DNA of 64,000 nt, taken from an uncultured delta proteobacterium. GTDB lineage: Bacteria; Desulfobacterota; Desulfomonilia; UBA1062. A program made the translations under genes and the position numbers. Below are positions 1 to 8,884 of this stretch, piece by piece (positions within the stretch are counted from its first letter, which is position 1; each line of letters begins with the position of its first letter). The stretch is taken from NCBI GenBank assembly GCA_963798485.1, contig CAWCTR010000008.1, positions 1 through 64,000 on the forward strand, written 5' to 3'. A model generated the notes under the pieces. The model made no database searches, was not told where the DNA came from, and saw nothing but the letters and a program-made list of their open reading frames with translations.

Positions 1-1055
1 CTGAAGGCCTTTTCCTGCTCTTCGCTCATGGTGTAGTTCTTTGTTGTCTGGTTTATGATAGCCTGCTCCAGTACATGATCGTTTGAAGATGTCATGACTC
101 TCGCATTGTCGAGCATGGTCTTCTCGCTCATCATCATGGTGCGGGTCGAGAACAGGTCTTCCCCCTTCTCGTTTATCCCGATCTTGACAGTTTCTCATGC
201 TGTTCTCAAGGGCAGAGAAAACACGGTTGAACTGATCCGCATCAGCGCTATGCCGGAAGGCAAAATCCATGATGTCTTCCCGCTTGAACACGGCATCATA
301 ATGTCCAACGAGTTTCAAGGCTTTTGCTGGATCGTTGATAATCCGTTCTCCGTTCTCGCGGCATATCCTCTGGTACTCTTCCAGGCGATCAAGACCTCGG
401 GTTTCTTGTAGATGGAGGTAGCCTTTGGGCAGGTATTTTGCTGCGATCCCGATCTTCGATGTTGGCTCAAGGTCAATGCCTCTATCTGCAAAGCTCCTAT
501 GGTCAACCTGGATATCATGACCTGCTTCCAGTAATTTCCGGTTCTGGATATTCGCCCATTCCTCCCGCCACTTCAGGAGTTCTGCTTTATCATTCCATGC
601 AGTAACCTTTTTACCAAAGCCATCTCTGGTAACTTCCCTGGTGGTAAGCATGATATGAACATGAGGATTTTTATCGCTCTTGTGGATGCAGATGTCGGCT
701 ATCATTCCCTTGTCTACGAATTGTGTCTGTGCGTATTCTCTTACAAGCGCAACCTGTTGTTCATAGTTCAGCTCTTTAGGAAGACCTAACTCGACTTCTC
801 GGAGAGGCGAGAGTCTTTTCGTTTTTCAGCTTTTTCGACTTCATTCCACAGCGTTTGCCGGTCTTTCAATCTCTGGGGTGCGTTTTCCGGAAGGAGGATC
901 TCTGCATAGGCAAGGTCGTTTTTCTTCGAATAGTCGAACGTCATGTCCAGGCGTTCATCATAGAGTTTATCTCGCGAGCGGTATGCAGCTGCGGCAATGG
1001 CGCCTTTGCCCCCTCCCCTCCCGATTATTTTAACAGTGATATGATAACAAGCCAT
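1..1055 (-). pseudogene. traA: MOBQ (MobA/MobL) TraA-type relaxase, frameshifted, runs off the window
   Basis: N-terminus MACYH..AAAAYR; after a frameshift near 800 it continues REVELGLPKEL..ADICIH..NPHVHIMLTTR (3H motif)..VDHRS; a second shift near 195 restores GEDLFSTRTM..MSEEQEKAF. Confidence 0.85.
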
Positions 1056-1086
1056 TCAATATCCTTTTCTTTAGTTTATGCATGAG

Positions 1087-1122
1087 CACATAGGTTGCTT
1101 GCGACATGTATGTGCGCCTTTC
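1087..1122 (+). other. Putative MOBQ oriT
   Basis: Imperfect inverted repeat ACATAGGTTGC-TT-GCGACATGT followed by TATGTGCGCCTT, resembling the RSF1010/pTi nic core TAxxTG^CGCCCT; lies between divergent traA and mobS. Confidence 0.7.
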
Positions 1123-1298
1123 GTTCACTCAGTTTTAGCCCTGTGCTCATTCTCCCGTTGGTTTTAGTCCTTCCGGTTCGTTTGTAAACTTCGCGTTGTG
1201 TTGTAAAGGAGCGAGTAGCTTTTCTTATCATTGACTTCTAACCTCTCATAAGGTATTATATATCATATTGTTATGAATCTAATACTAGTGAGGGCAGA

Positions 1299-1558
1299 AT
1301 GCAACCGAAAAATCAGATTCTCTCAGTAAACTTCTGCAAAAAAAGCAAAAGCTCGAACAACAGATAGCCAGTGCAAAATCCCGCCTGAAGAAGAAGGAAC
1401 GAACGAGGATACCCGGAAAAAGATCCTCGTTGGCGCTTTCTTCCTTGAAGTTAAGTACAAGGATAAACAAGACGAACTGGCAAAGCTCATGGACGGTTTC
1501 TTGTCCGTGATAAGGACCGTGCTCTCTTCGACCTTCCTCCTAAAGGTGATGTGTCATG
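1299..1558 (+). pseudogene. MobS/TraD-like relaxosome accessory protein, frameshifted
   Basis: Read across about three frameshifts: KLLQKKQKLEQQIASAKSRLKKKER..EDTRKKILVGAFFL..LMDGFL..RDKDRALFDLP. Confidence 0.7.
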
Positions 1559-1611
1559 ACAGGATACTTGTGAGATCATAGCTCAGAGGAAAATTGAATC
1601 CCTTAGCTATA

Positions 1612-1914
1612 TCAGTATAGTCTTCTAAGTGAATAAAGTTTCCTGATAAGGCTTTTTGGGCCATCTTTGCGTTCTTTCCTCTTCTGGTTCGATTTTGGGG
1701 AGAAAGAGGTCTTTGTGAAGTCCCTTTTTTGTGTTTCTTTTTCATGTTTCCTAACGATAGAGAGAAGTTGATCAATGTAGCCTTCTATAGCCTGGCCTTC
1801 TTCTGTCGATTCATAACGATATGTCTCTAACATATCCCCTATGCAATCAGCTATTACGGCTTTGACATCGGATATAACCAGGGGTTTGCTGGCATCCTCA
1901 TTGAATTCGATCAA
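1612..1914 (-). CDS. Small hypothetical protein (element cargo)
   Basis: 100 aa ORF overlapping the upstream ORF by 4 nt; no recognised motif. Confidence 0.4.
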   Translation of the reverse strand: MIEFNEDASKPLVISDVKAVIADCIGDMLETYRYESTEEGQAIEGYIDQLLSIVRKHEKETQKRDFTKTSFSPKSNQKRKERKDGPKSLIRKLYSLRRLY

Positions 1915-2099
1915 GTAGTCGTCAAACTCCTGAGGACTAAGGTTGTAGTATAAAATATTATCATATATTCCAGAGATATCCTAGCATACTCATGTGAGTC
2001 ATCGCCCGATAAAATGTACGCATATTTCTCTTCCATCTGTCTGTAGAACTCCGCGAAAGGATCAAGAGATTTGTTTTCAGCTGTTTTCTTTGTATTCAA
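1911..2099 (-). CDS. Small hypothetical protein (element cargo)
   Basis: 62 aa ORF coupled to the next ORF. Confidence 0.3.
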   Translation of the reverse strand: MNTKKTAENKSLDPFAEFYRQMEEKYAYILSGDDSHEYARISLEYMIIFYTTTLVLRSLTTT

Positions 2100-2430
2100 G
2101 GATTGAATCGTTCATACGATAGCTCCGCATTTTAAAATCTTTCCAAAAAACATTTTTCCTGAACCCCTTCACAAAGCCCTGAGGGTTTCAGAAAAATGGA
2201 CTAAAAGTCTGCGAAGCCACCATTTGTTGGGCATTGAGAATCTTTTCATGCCTCTGTAACGCTGCAAGTGGTATGACAGACTTCGTTGGCAGAACACTTC
2301 GAAAGCAAGTGAAAGAGTAAAGATGGATATTTAGTTTTTTTTTAGTAATTCCCAGCATTAAAGCTGAAAGCACTTATAGTCAGAAATAATTTCTCTCCAT
2401 GGTAAATACCTTGTAATTAAATACAAATGG

Positions 2431-2466
2431 CCAAGCCGACGCGCCGCTTGCGGCGCGTCGGCTTGG
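2431..2466. repeat. Perfect 17-bp GC-rich inverted repeat
   Basis: CCAAGCCGACGCGCCGC-TT-GCGGCGCGTCGGCTTGG. Confidence 0.9.
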
Positions 2467-2580
2467 AAAAACTGTTAACTTATAACTACCAAAATTGTAA
2501 AATTACCCACACCTATGGGTGCGGATAATTTACTTTTCCCATAAACCGGGCGAAGCCCGGCCGCCGGAAAGGGCAGGAGG

Positions 2581-3463
2581 TTACCCCTGCCCTGTTTCAT
2601 CTTCGTGGTCTTCGTCCTCTTGCCTGCCCATGATGTAGTTGACTGCCTTCTGGGCCTGGGCTGCGGCCAGGACAACGAGCCTTGAATCATTGCTGATAGA
2701 GTCCCTCCACCCTTGGATATATGCCGCTGAGTTCTCAATGGTTGCATGAGAAATGCCGGAGATCCCGCACAGGTAAGCAGCTCCCATCTCGGCAACAAGC
2801 TCTTCTCGGGCATAATTCTTAGATCCGAAAGGTACCGGTGTGGTGAGGGTTTCCCGGTTAAGCCTTGATACTTCGCCCGATCCATGAATTTCCTCATGGA
2901 ATAGTACGCTGTAGTACCCTTCCAAGTTAACAAAGGCATCCTTGTTCGGCATCTTCACCACGTCCTCGACGGGGTTATAGCACGCCTTAGTGAATCCGTG
3001 CTTTATCTCGGGCCTTCCCTTATATCCTTCTATAATGGCCTCTGCCTCGGCTATGGGGTCCACGTGTGGCTCTTCCAGCTGGTCGGGATAGGTAATCCCT
3101 TCGCACTGCAGGACATTGAATACCCGGTAATACTTCAGGAAGGGGATATTCTTCTTTTCCGAGCTGTCCGGTGTCTTTGTTCACTTCGTCCACTTCTTTG
3201 AAGTTCCAGAAAACAACAATAGAGCTTTTTTCACCCTTCTTGATGGTCCCTCCAAGGGTCTTGGCCTGGTTGAACGTAAGCCAATAGGGGGAGGCATAGC
3301 TGGAAGCAAGGAGCAACCATATATTGATGCCCCGGTAAAACTTGCCCGTTACCAGGTTACGCGGAAACCGGATCTTGCTGGTCCATGGTTTTCTCCAGGG
3401 GATGACACCCCTATCAAGATGGTCGATGATTTGCTGCGTCACGATTTCGAATACATTTGCCAT
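2581..3463 (-). pseudogene. ardC: ArdC antirestriction / ssDNA-binding protein, one frameshift near 3150
   Basis: VTQQII..IPWRKPW..YRGIN..WLTFNQA..KKGEK, then YYRVFN..ACYNP..LFHEEIHGSG..YAREELVAEMGAA..SAAYIQGW. Confidence 0.88.
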
Positions 3464-3567
3464 TGGTGTTTCCCTCCTTCTAAAAATCAATTTTTTTCTC
3501 AACCCGTTCACCCCTGACTCACGGGTTGAGAAAAAATCGGAGAGACAAAGACCGCGGAGCCTCCTCT

Positions 3568-3800
3568 CAGGAAGGCCCTGGAGCGCTGCAAGCAGAGTGA
3601 CAACGTGTTTTAGTTGGCACGATGCTTATAAAGCGAGAGAAAGGGACGTGAAAGTTCTGAATCATAATTTTTTGGTATCCAAGTTATTTTGCGTTCTTGT
3701 TGCACTGAAAAATACAAAGAACCCCTCCGCTCGCTCAGAAAGCAGCACGCCAACATGTGACCATGTTGTCATGCTGCTTGCAGCGCTTCGGGGTTCCCTG
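3568..3800. promoter_or_regulatory. Long imperfect inverted repeat upstream of ardC (Frpo/ssi-like ssDNA structure)
   Basis: 3568-3607 caggaaggccctggagcgctgcaagcagagtgacaacgtg pairs with 3761-3800 (reverse complement cagggaaccccgaagcgctgcaagcagcatgacaacatgg). Confidence 0.55.
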
Positions 3801-3952
3801 TGGTCACATGCTGTGACCACATCCCTACATGGTGAGCCTTTCAGGCTGTTCTTTCTCCGGTCGTTCCTCCCTTCCCCTTCAGTCATTTTTGAAAGGGGGA
3901 AGGAAGGAAAAATTGGTTTTTATTAAGATTAAGAGCGGGAGAGAACAAGAGA

Positions 3953-4348
3953 ATGACGATTTTACCACGTGGCCCTATGATCGCTCCACAATATCCACTA
4001 TTGTTAACGGTTCCTGAGTTATCTGCATATCTGGGCATTAAAATCAAAACCCTCTATGCCAAGATAGAAGCAGGGGAAATCCCCCATTATCGTTTAGGTC
4101 GCCTCATCAGGTTTCGTTTGGACGAAATCAATGCCTGGCTGGAAGGCTGCAGGAAGGATATCTCTCAAGCCGCAGGGCAAAGTCAGAGTAGAAAAAGAAA
4201 AAAGCCATCTCGCAGATCAAATGACCATGTATCCGCGATTATTGCAAAGACGATTGACGGAGAGCGCGAGAAATATTACGCTTCGGAATACGGGAAATCA
4301 GACCGGATTGAGGGCCTCGGAAAGGAGGTCAACAATGGGATTATTTAA
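3953..4348 (+). CDS. Excisionase-family HTH protein
   Basis: [33 protein letters not shown]; overlaps the integrase start. Confidence 0.85.
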   Translation: MTILPRGPMIAPQYPLLLTVPELSAYLGIKIKTLYAKIEAGEIPHYRLGRLIRFRLDEINAWLEGCRKDISQAAGQSQSRKRKKPSRRSNDHVSAIIAKTIDGEREKYYASEYGKSDRIEGLGKEVNNGII

Positions 4349-5381
4349 ACGCAATTCGGTCTGGTGGATGAGTTTTACTCATCAAGGCCAGCAATACAGG
4401 CGTTCAACGGAAACAGATGACAAGAAGCTGGCGCAACGGATCTTTGACAAACTAAAGGGTGAAATCGCGGAAGGGAAGCATCATTGGGTGAGTTCTGAGA
4501 ATGTTGAGTTTGAAGATCTGGTGAAGGACCTTATTAACGATTACAAGTTAAACAGCCGTAAATCCTTGGATCGTGCATCATTGAGCGTGAAACATCTTAG
4601 TTCTTTCTTTGGAGGCATGAAAGTCAAAGATATTACATCGAACTTGATCCAGAGCTATATTCTTGTCAGGAGAGAAGAGGGGGCTAGCAATGGGACTATT
4701 AATAGAGAGCTCTCTGCTTTAAATCGAATGCTCACACTGGGTGCAAGACATACACCGCCCAAGGTTATCAATCGACCGTTTGTGCCAAAGCTCAAAGAGG
4801 CACCACCCAGGGAAGGTTTTTTCGAGCATGAGGAATATATTCGCTTGCTGGATTTGTTGCCTGATTATTTAAGACCTATCCTGACTATAGCTTATTTTAC
4901 TGGCATGAGAAAACGGGAGATTCTAAGTTTGACATGGGATCATACCAACCTTATTGAAAAAAAGATCACCCTCAGAGCAGGGACTACAAAAAATGATCAG
5001 GGAAGGACAATCTTTTTATCAGGTGAACTTTATAACACTATCCTGCAACAAAAGAAGTTAAGAGATGGTGTTTATCCGGACTGTCCTTATGTTTGTTTCA
5101 GGGAAGGACATCAGATAAAATATTATAAAGATGCTTGGCACACCTCATGTAAAAAGGCTGGATTGGTCGGGAAGTTACTACATGACAACAGAAGAACTGC
5201 TGTGCGAAACATGTCAAGAGCAGGGATACCTGATACTGTTATAATGAAGATCTCGGGTCATAAAACACGGTGTGTCTTTGACAGATACAATATCACAAGC
5301 GAAGATGATCTACGTATTGCTGCCGAGAAAATTGCAAAGGTATATCAAGACAAACAGGCATCAATCGAACCATCGACTTGA
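4335..5381 (+). CDS. int: Tyrosine recombinase / integrase
   Basis: AGGAGG RBS; catalytic TGMRKRE, TKN, LHDNRRT, SGHKT, DRYN. Confidence 0.95.
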   Translation: MGLFKRNSVWWMSFTHQGQQYRRSTETDDKKLAQRIFDKLKGEIAEGKHHWVSSENVEFEDLVKDLINDYKLNSRKSLDRASLSVKHLSSFFGGMKVKDITSNLIQSYILVRREEGASNGTINRELSALNRMLTLGARHTPPKVINRPFVPKLKEAPPREGFFEHEEYIRLLDLLPDYLRPILTIAYFTGMRKREILSLTWDHTNLIEKKITLRAGTTKNDQGRTIFLSGELYNTILQQKKLRDGVYPDCPYVCFREGHQIKYYKDAWHTSCKKAGLVGKLLHDNRRTAVRNMSRAGIPDTVIMKISGHKTRCVFDRYNITSEDDLRIAAEKIAKVYQDKQASIEPST

Positions 5382-5384
5382 GGG

Positions 5385-5408
5385 TTTTATCACAATTTTA
5401 TCACAATT
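5385..5408. repeat. Tandem direct repeat, probable integrase arm-type sites
   Basis: TTTTATCACAA twice between the integrase stop and the tRNA 3' end. Confidence 0.55.
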
Positions 5409-5464
5409 GAGGCTAATATCAGTGTATCGTGATAAGTGCTAATTTAAAAAACCTAATAAAATCA

Positions 5465-5561
5465 TGGCGGAAGCGCATGGGAATCGAACCCACCAAGGAC
5501 GCTCGTCGCACCCCACACCGGATTTGAAGTCCGGGGGGCCCACCAGGACCCGTCCGCTTCC
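5465..5561 (-). tRNA. selC: tRNA-Sec (anticodon UCA)
   Basis: GGAAGCGG..GACTTCAAATCC..long variable arm..GGTTCGATTCC..CGCTTCCGCCA, 97 nt, CCA encoded. Confidence 0.97.
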
Positions 5562-5655
5562 ACAGCCACGATAACACACTCGCAAAGCTATGAGCAATGA
5601 AGGACAATCTTTATGGACATAACTTTGTATCTTGACACCCCTGATCGAAGTTGTA

Positions 5656-6204
5656 ATGGATAATAGCATGATACTCAGGCTTTTGGTCTGTTTAGCGATC
5701 TCCATCCTCCTGCACATTCTTCTTGTCATCCAGCCGTTTCATGTGCTCACGAAACAGGCAAACCCTTTGAGCCATATGGCAACCATACCTGTCGGGCTTG
5801 TAGATATCCCCCAGCAACTTGCCAAAGCAGACAATACAAAGACCCCCGCAGTAATACCTATCCCTTCAAGGGTGAAAAATGACGGGGAGGGCGTAAGCTT
5901 CGAGGCCGAAGGCGGGGTCGGGAAGGTATATCTCGACAAGTTGAAGGTGAAGATATTCAATATCTGGCAATATCCGGAGGAGGCCATCCGGAAGAGCGAA
6001 CAGGGAAAGGTGACCATCTCTTTTGTGCTCAATGACAAGGGCGAGCTCGTGGACATGGGTGTGCTGGTCAGCTCCGGTTTCCTCAGTCTCGATTCCGCCG
6101 CCATGGCCGCCGTTGAGAAGGCAAGCCCTTTCGGATCTTTTACCGGCGACATCAAAGAGAAGACACTGAAGGTCACCGGGAATTTCGGCTATGTCCTGGA
6201 TTAG
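5656..6204 (+). CDS. TonB-family energy transducer
   Basis: TM helix with SILLH; C-terminal YPEEA..GKVTISF..SSG..LDSAAM. Confidence 0.85.
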   Translation: MDNSMILRLLVCLAISILLHILLVIQPFHVLTKQANPLSHMATIPVGLVDIPQQLAKADNTKTPAVIPIPSRVKNDGEGVSFEAEGGVGKVYLDKLKVKIFNIWQYPEEAIRKSEQGKVTISFVLNDKGELVDMGVLVSSGFLSLDSAAMAAVEKASPFGSFTGDIKEKTLKVTGNFGYVLD

Positions 6205-6424
6205 ATCTCCAAGATGCTGGAGAACCTTGGCGCCGCCATCGATACCTATGTGTAGGCCAATGGCCTGCATAAAAGATCAGAGATTTCCTCCAATCTTGTA
6301 GTTTCACCTTTTTGGAAGATATGCTTTCTCGTGTCAGAATGCTTGTCATTAAAGGTGTATTGAATAGTATCCAAGGGCTCTTGGATCTTGCATAACGTAT
6401 GGCAAAGGGCTAAAGAATAGAGAT

Positions 6425-7201
6425 ATGCGATTTCTGCTTACGAACGATGACGGCATCTATGCACAGGGGCTTGCAGCCATTAAACAGGAGCTGGAAAAGA
6501 TAGGCGATTGCGTGGTGATTGCCCCGGTAACCGAGCAGTCGGCTGTGGGCCATGCCATAACCATATCCGACCCGCTGAAGGTCATTCCTATCCACCGCTC
6601 GGGCGAGTTCTATGGCTACGGCATCACCGGTTCTCCTGCCGACTGCGTGAAACTCGGCGTCTCGCACATCATGAAGCAGCCGCCCGACGTAGTGGTTTCA
6701 GGCATCAACAGGGGCGAGAATGTGGGAATAAACGTGCTGTATTCCGGCACGGTCTCGGCTGCGACAGAGGCCCTCATCCTCGGGTACACCGGGATTGCAC
6801 TGTCTGTGGACAATTACTTGAATCCGGACTATCACGCAGCTGGCATCTTTGGTGCACGTCTGGCTATGAGGTATGCCCAGCGGAACAAACCCCTGCCGTT
6901 TGCGCTGAACGTAAACTGTCCCTCATGCCCTATGGATGAAATCAAGGGGGTCAGGATTACCAGGCAGGGTGATTCCCGGATAGTGGACGAGTTCGTCCGG
7001 CGTGAGAGCCCCCGTGGAACCATCTATTATTGGCAGGCCGGTTTAACAAGGATCATTGATGAGGCGGAGGATACCGATGCCGTGTGCCTGAGGAACAAGA
7101 TGATTTCCATCACGCCGATCCACTACCGGCTTGGCGCGAATTGGATCAACTTCGATGACCTGAATCAGGATTATCTGGAGAAACTGTTCCATGGAGCTTA
7201 A
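6425..7201 (+). CDS. surE: 5'/3'-nucleotidase SurE
   Basis: LLTNDDG, GSPADCV, SGINRGEN, YSGTV. Confidence 0.97.
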   Translation: MRFLLTNDDGIYAQGLAAIKQELEKIGDCVVIAPVTEQSAVGHAITISDPLKVIPIHRSGEFYGYGITGSPADCVKLGVSHIMKQPPDVVVSGINRGENVGINVLYSGTVSAATEALILGYTGIALSVDNYLNPDYHAAGIFGARLAMRYAQRNKPLPFALNVNCPSCPMDEIKGVRITRQGDSRIVDEFVRRESPRGTIYYWQAGLTRIIDEAEDTDAVCLRNKMISITPIHYRLGANWINFDDLNQDYLEKLFHGA

Positions 7202-7880
7202 GCATATTGAGGAACGGCTGGGGTATAGTTTTTTAAACAGGGATCTCTTGCAAGAGGCCCTCACGCATACTACCTATGTCAACGAACACAAGGAACTCGG
7301 TCTGAAAGACAATCAACGTCTTGAGTTCCTGGGAGACACCGTTATCAACTCCATCATCACGGCACGGCTCTTCGGGTTGTTCCCTGATGAGAAAGAAGGG
7401 CAGCTTACCAAGAAACGGGCCGAGCTGATAAGCGAAGTGGCGCTCTCAAAAATCGCACGCCACTTGGGCATCGGCAAATTCTTAAGTCTTGGAAAGGGTG
7501 AAGAGATGGATAGCGGCCGGAAGAAGGTATCCTTGCTTGCAGATGCCTATGAGGCCCTTATTGGTGCAATCTTCCTCGACAGCTCGTATGAGAAGACCAC
7601 CCGGGTCGTCCAGAAGCACTATGATGAAGCCTTCGGCGCCTTTGATGAGATCTCCATCACCGATTACAAGAGCCTGCTTCTGGAGTTCTGCCAGTCGCAG
7701 TTCAGGGCATTACCCAGGATCATGGTGATCCATGAGCAAGGGCCGGAGCATGATAAGGAGTTTGAGGTGAATATAACGCTGCAGGATAAGATTATCGGCC
7801 ATGGAAAGGGCAAGAATAAAAAACAGGCAGCGCAATTTGCATGCAAGGAGGCGTTAAGATTGCTGGACTACCCCCTATAG
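7191..7880 (+). CDS. rnc: Ribonuclease III
   Basis: NQRLEFLGD, ADAYEALIGAIFLD, C-terminal dsRBD. Confidence 0.97.
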   Translation: MELKHIEERLGYSFLNRDLLQEALTHTTYVNEHKELGLKDNQRLEFLGDTVINSIITARLFGLFPDEKEGQLTKKRAELISEVALSKIARHLGIGKFLSLGKGEEMDSGRKKVSLLADAYEALIGAIFLDSSYEKTTRVVQKHYDEAFGAFDEISITDYKSLLLEFCQSQFRALPRIMVIHEQGPEHDKEFEVNITLQDKIIGHGKGKNKKQAAQFACKEALRLLDYPL

Positions 7881-8884
7881 TCATCCCGGTATTTGTATCG
7901 AACCTGGGATGTCCTCACCGGTGCATCTTTTGCGACCAGAGGCAGAACGCAGAACCTATGCCACCCGAGCATGTTGCCGTGCAGGTAGGTGAATTCCTCT
8001 CCCACTGCAGGTCCGCCCACAAAAGGCGGCGCGTCCTCGCCTTTTTCGGAGGGTCTTTTACCGGCATTAAACATGATCTGTTGGAGGGCTATCTGGATGT
8101 AACACGAACCCTGATGGCCCAAGGTCACATCCACTCGGCAAAGGCCTCGACCCGTCCGGATATGGTTTCAGAAGATAGATTGGACCGCTTGGTGCAAGCC
8201 GGGTTCGATGAGTTGGAGATCGGCATCCAGTCCATGGACGATGCCGTCCTTGAGGCAAGCTCCAGGGGGCATACACGAAAAGACGCTATTGATGCCTGCA
8301 ATCTTGTGAAGAGATCAAGGATGAGGCTTGGGGTCCAGATCATGCCGGGGCTTCCCGGCGAGGACTTAAAGAGCTTCAAGCAGACCGTGGATGATGTGTT
8401 GGAGCTGGGGCCGGATACGGCAAGAATTTATCCCACAGTTGTCCTTGCGGGTACCGCTCTGGAAGAGGATTTCCTCAAAGGCGGTTACCAGCCGCTCTCC
8501 CTGGATGAGGCAATAAGCCGCACCTTGTATGCGGCAATCAAGCTGGAAAATGGCGGCAGCACTATCCTGCGCATGGGCCTTCCATCATCACCGGGGTTAA
8601 AGGTAATTGCCGGGCCCTATCATGACTCTTTCGGGTTTCTTGTGCGGGCATTAGGATACCGTATCATGGCGGGGCGTATCGTATCCAAGCTTGGCAAAGG
8701 CTGTGAGATGAAGGTATCTTCAAGAGATATCCCCGAGCTTATCGGCTACCGGCGTAGCACATTAAAAGACCTCAACTTTTCGTTCAGTTTTGATGACACT
8801 TTACCGAGGGGTTATATTAGGGCACATGCTTCAAGAGAAAGTGCTTGTATACAACTACAGGATATTTTAGAGTATATTCTATGA
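7841..8884 (+). CDS. Radical SAM protein (Elp3/YhcC-like)
   Basis: CPHRCIFC, FFGGSFT, STRPD, ELEIGIQS. Confidence 0.88.
   Translation: MQGGVKIAGLPPIVIPVFVSNLGCPHRCIFCDQRQNAEPMPPEHVAVQVGEFLSHCRSAHKRRRVLAFFGGSFTGIKHDLLEGYLDVTRTLMAQGHIHSAKASTRPDMVSEDRLDRLVQAGFDELEIGIQSMDDAVLEASSRGHTRKDAIDACNLVKRSRMRLGVQIMPGLPGEDLKSFKQTVDDVLELGPDTARIYPTVVLAGTALEEDFLKGGYQPLSLDEAISRTLYAAIKLENGGSTILRMGLPSSPGLKVIAGPYHDSFGFLVRALGYRIMAGRIVSKLGKGCEMKVSSRDIPELIGYRRSTLKDLNFSFSFDDTLPRGYIRAHASRESACIQLQDILEYIL

Larger units (their letters stand above)
1..5464. mobile_element. Integrative mobilizable element inserted at the 3' end of tRNA-Sec; other boundary lies outside the window
   Basis: Integrase and excisionase abut the selC 3' end; relaxase, oriT and ardC inside; AT-richer than the flank. 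Confidence 0.85.

Noticed and set aside
5419-5729. Minus-strand ORFs over the tRNA
   Set aside because: They overlap selC and tonB; spurious
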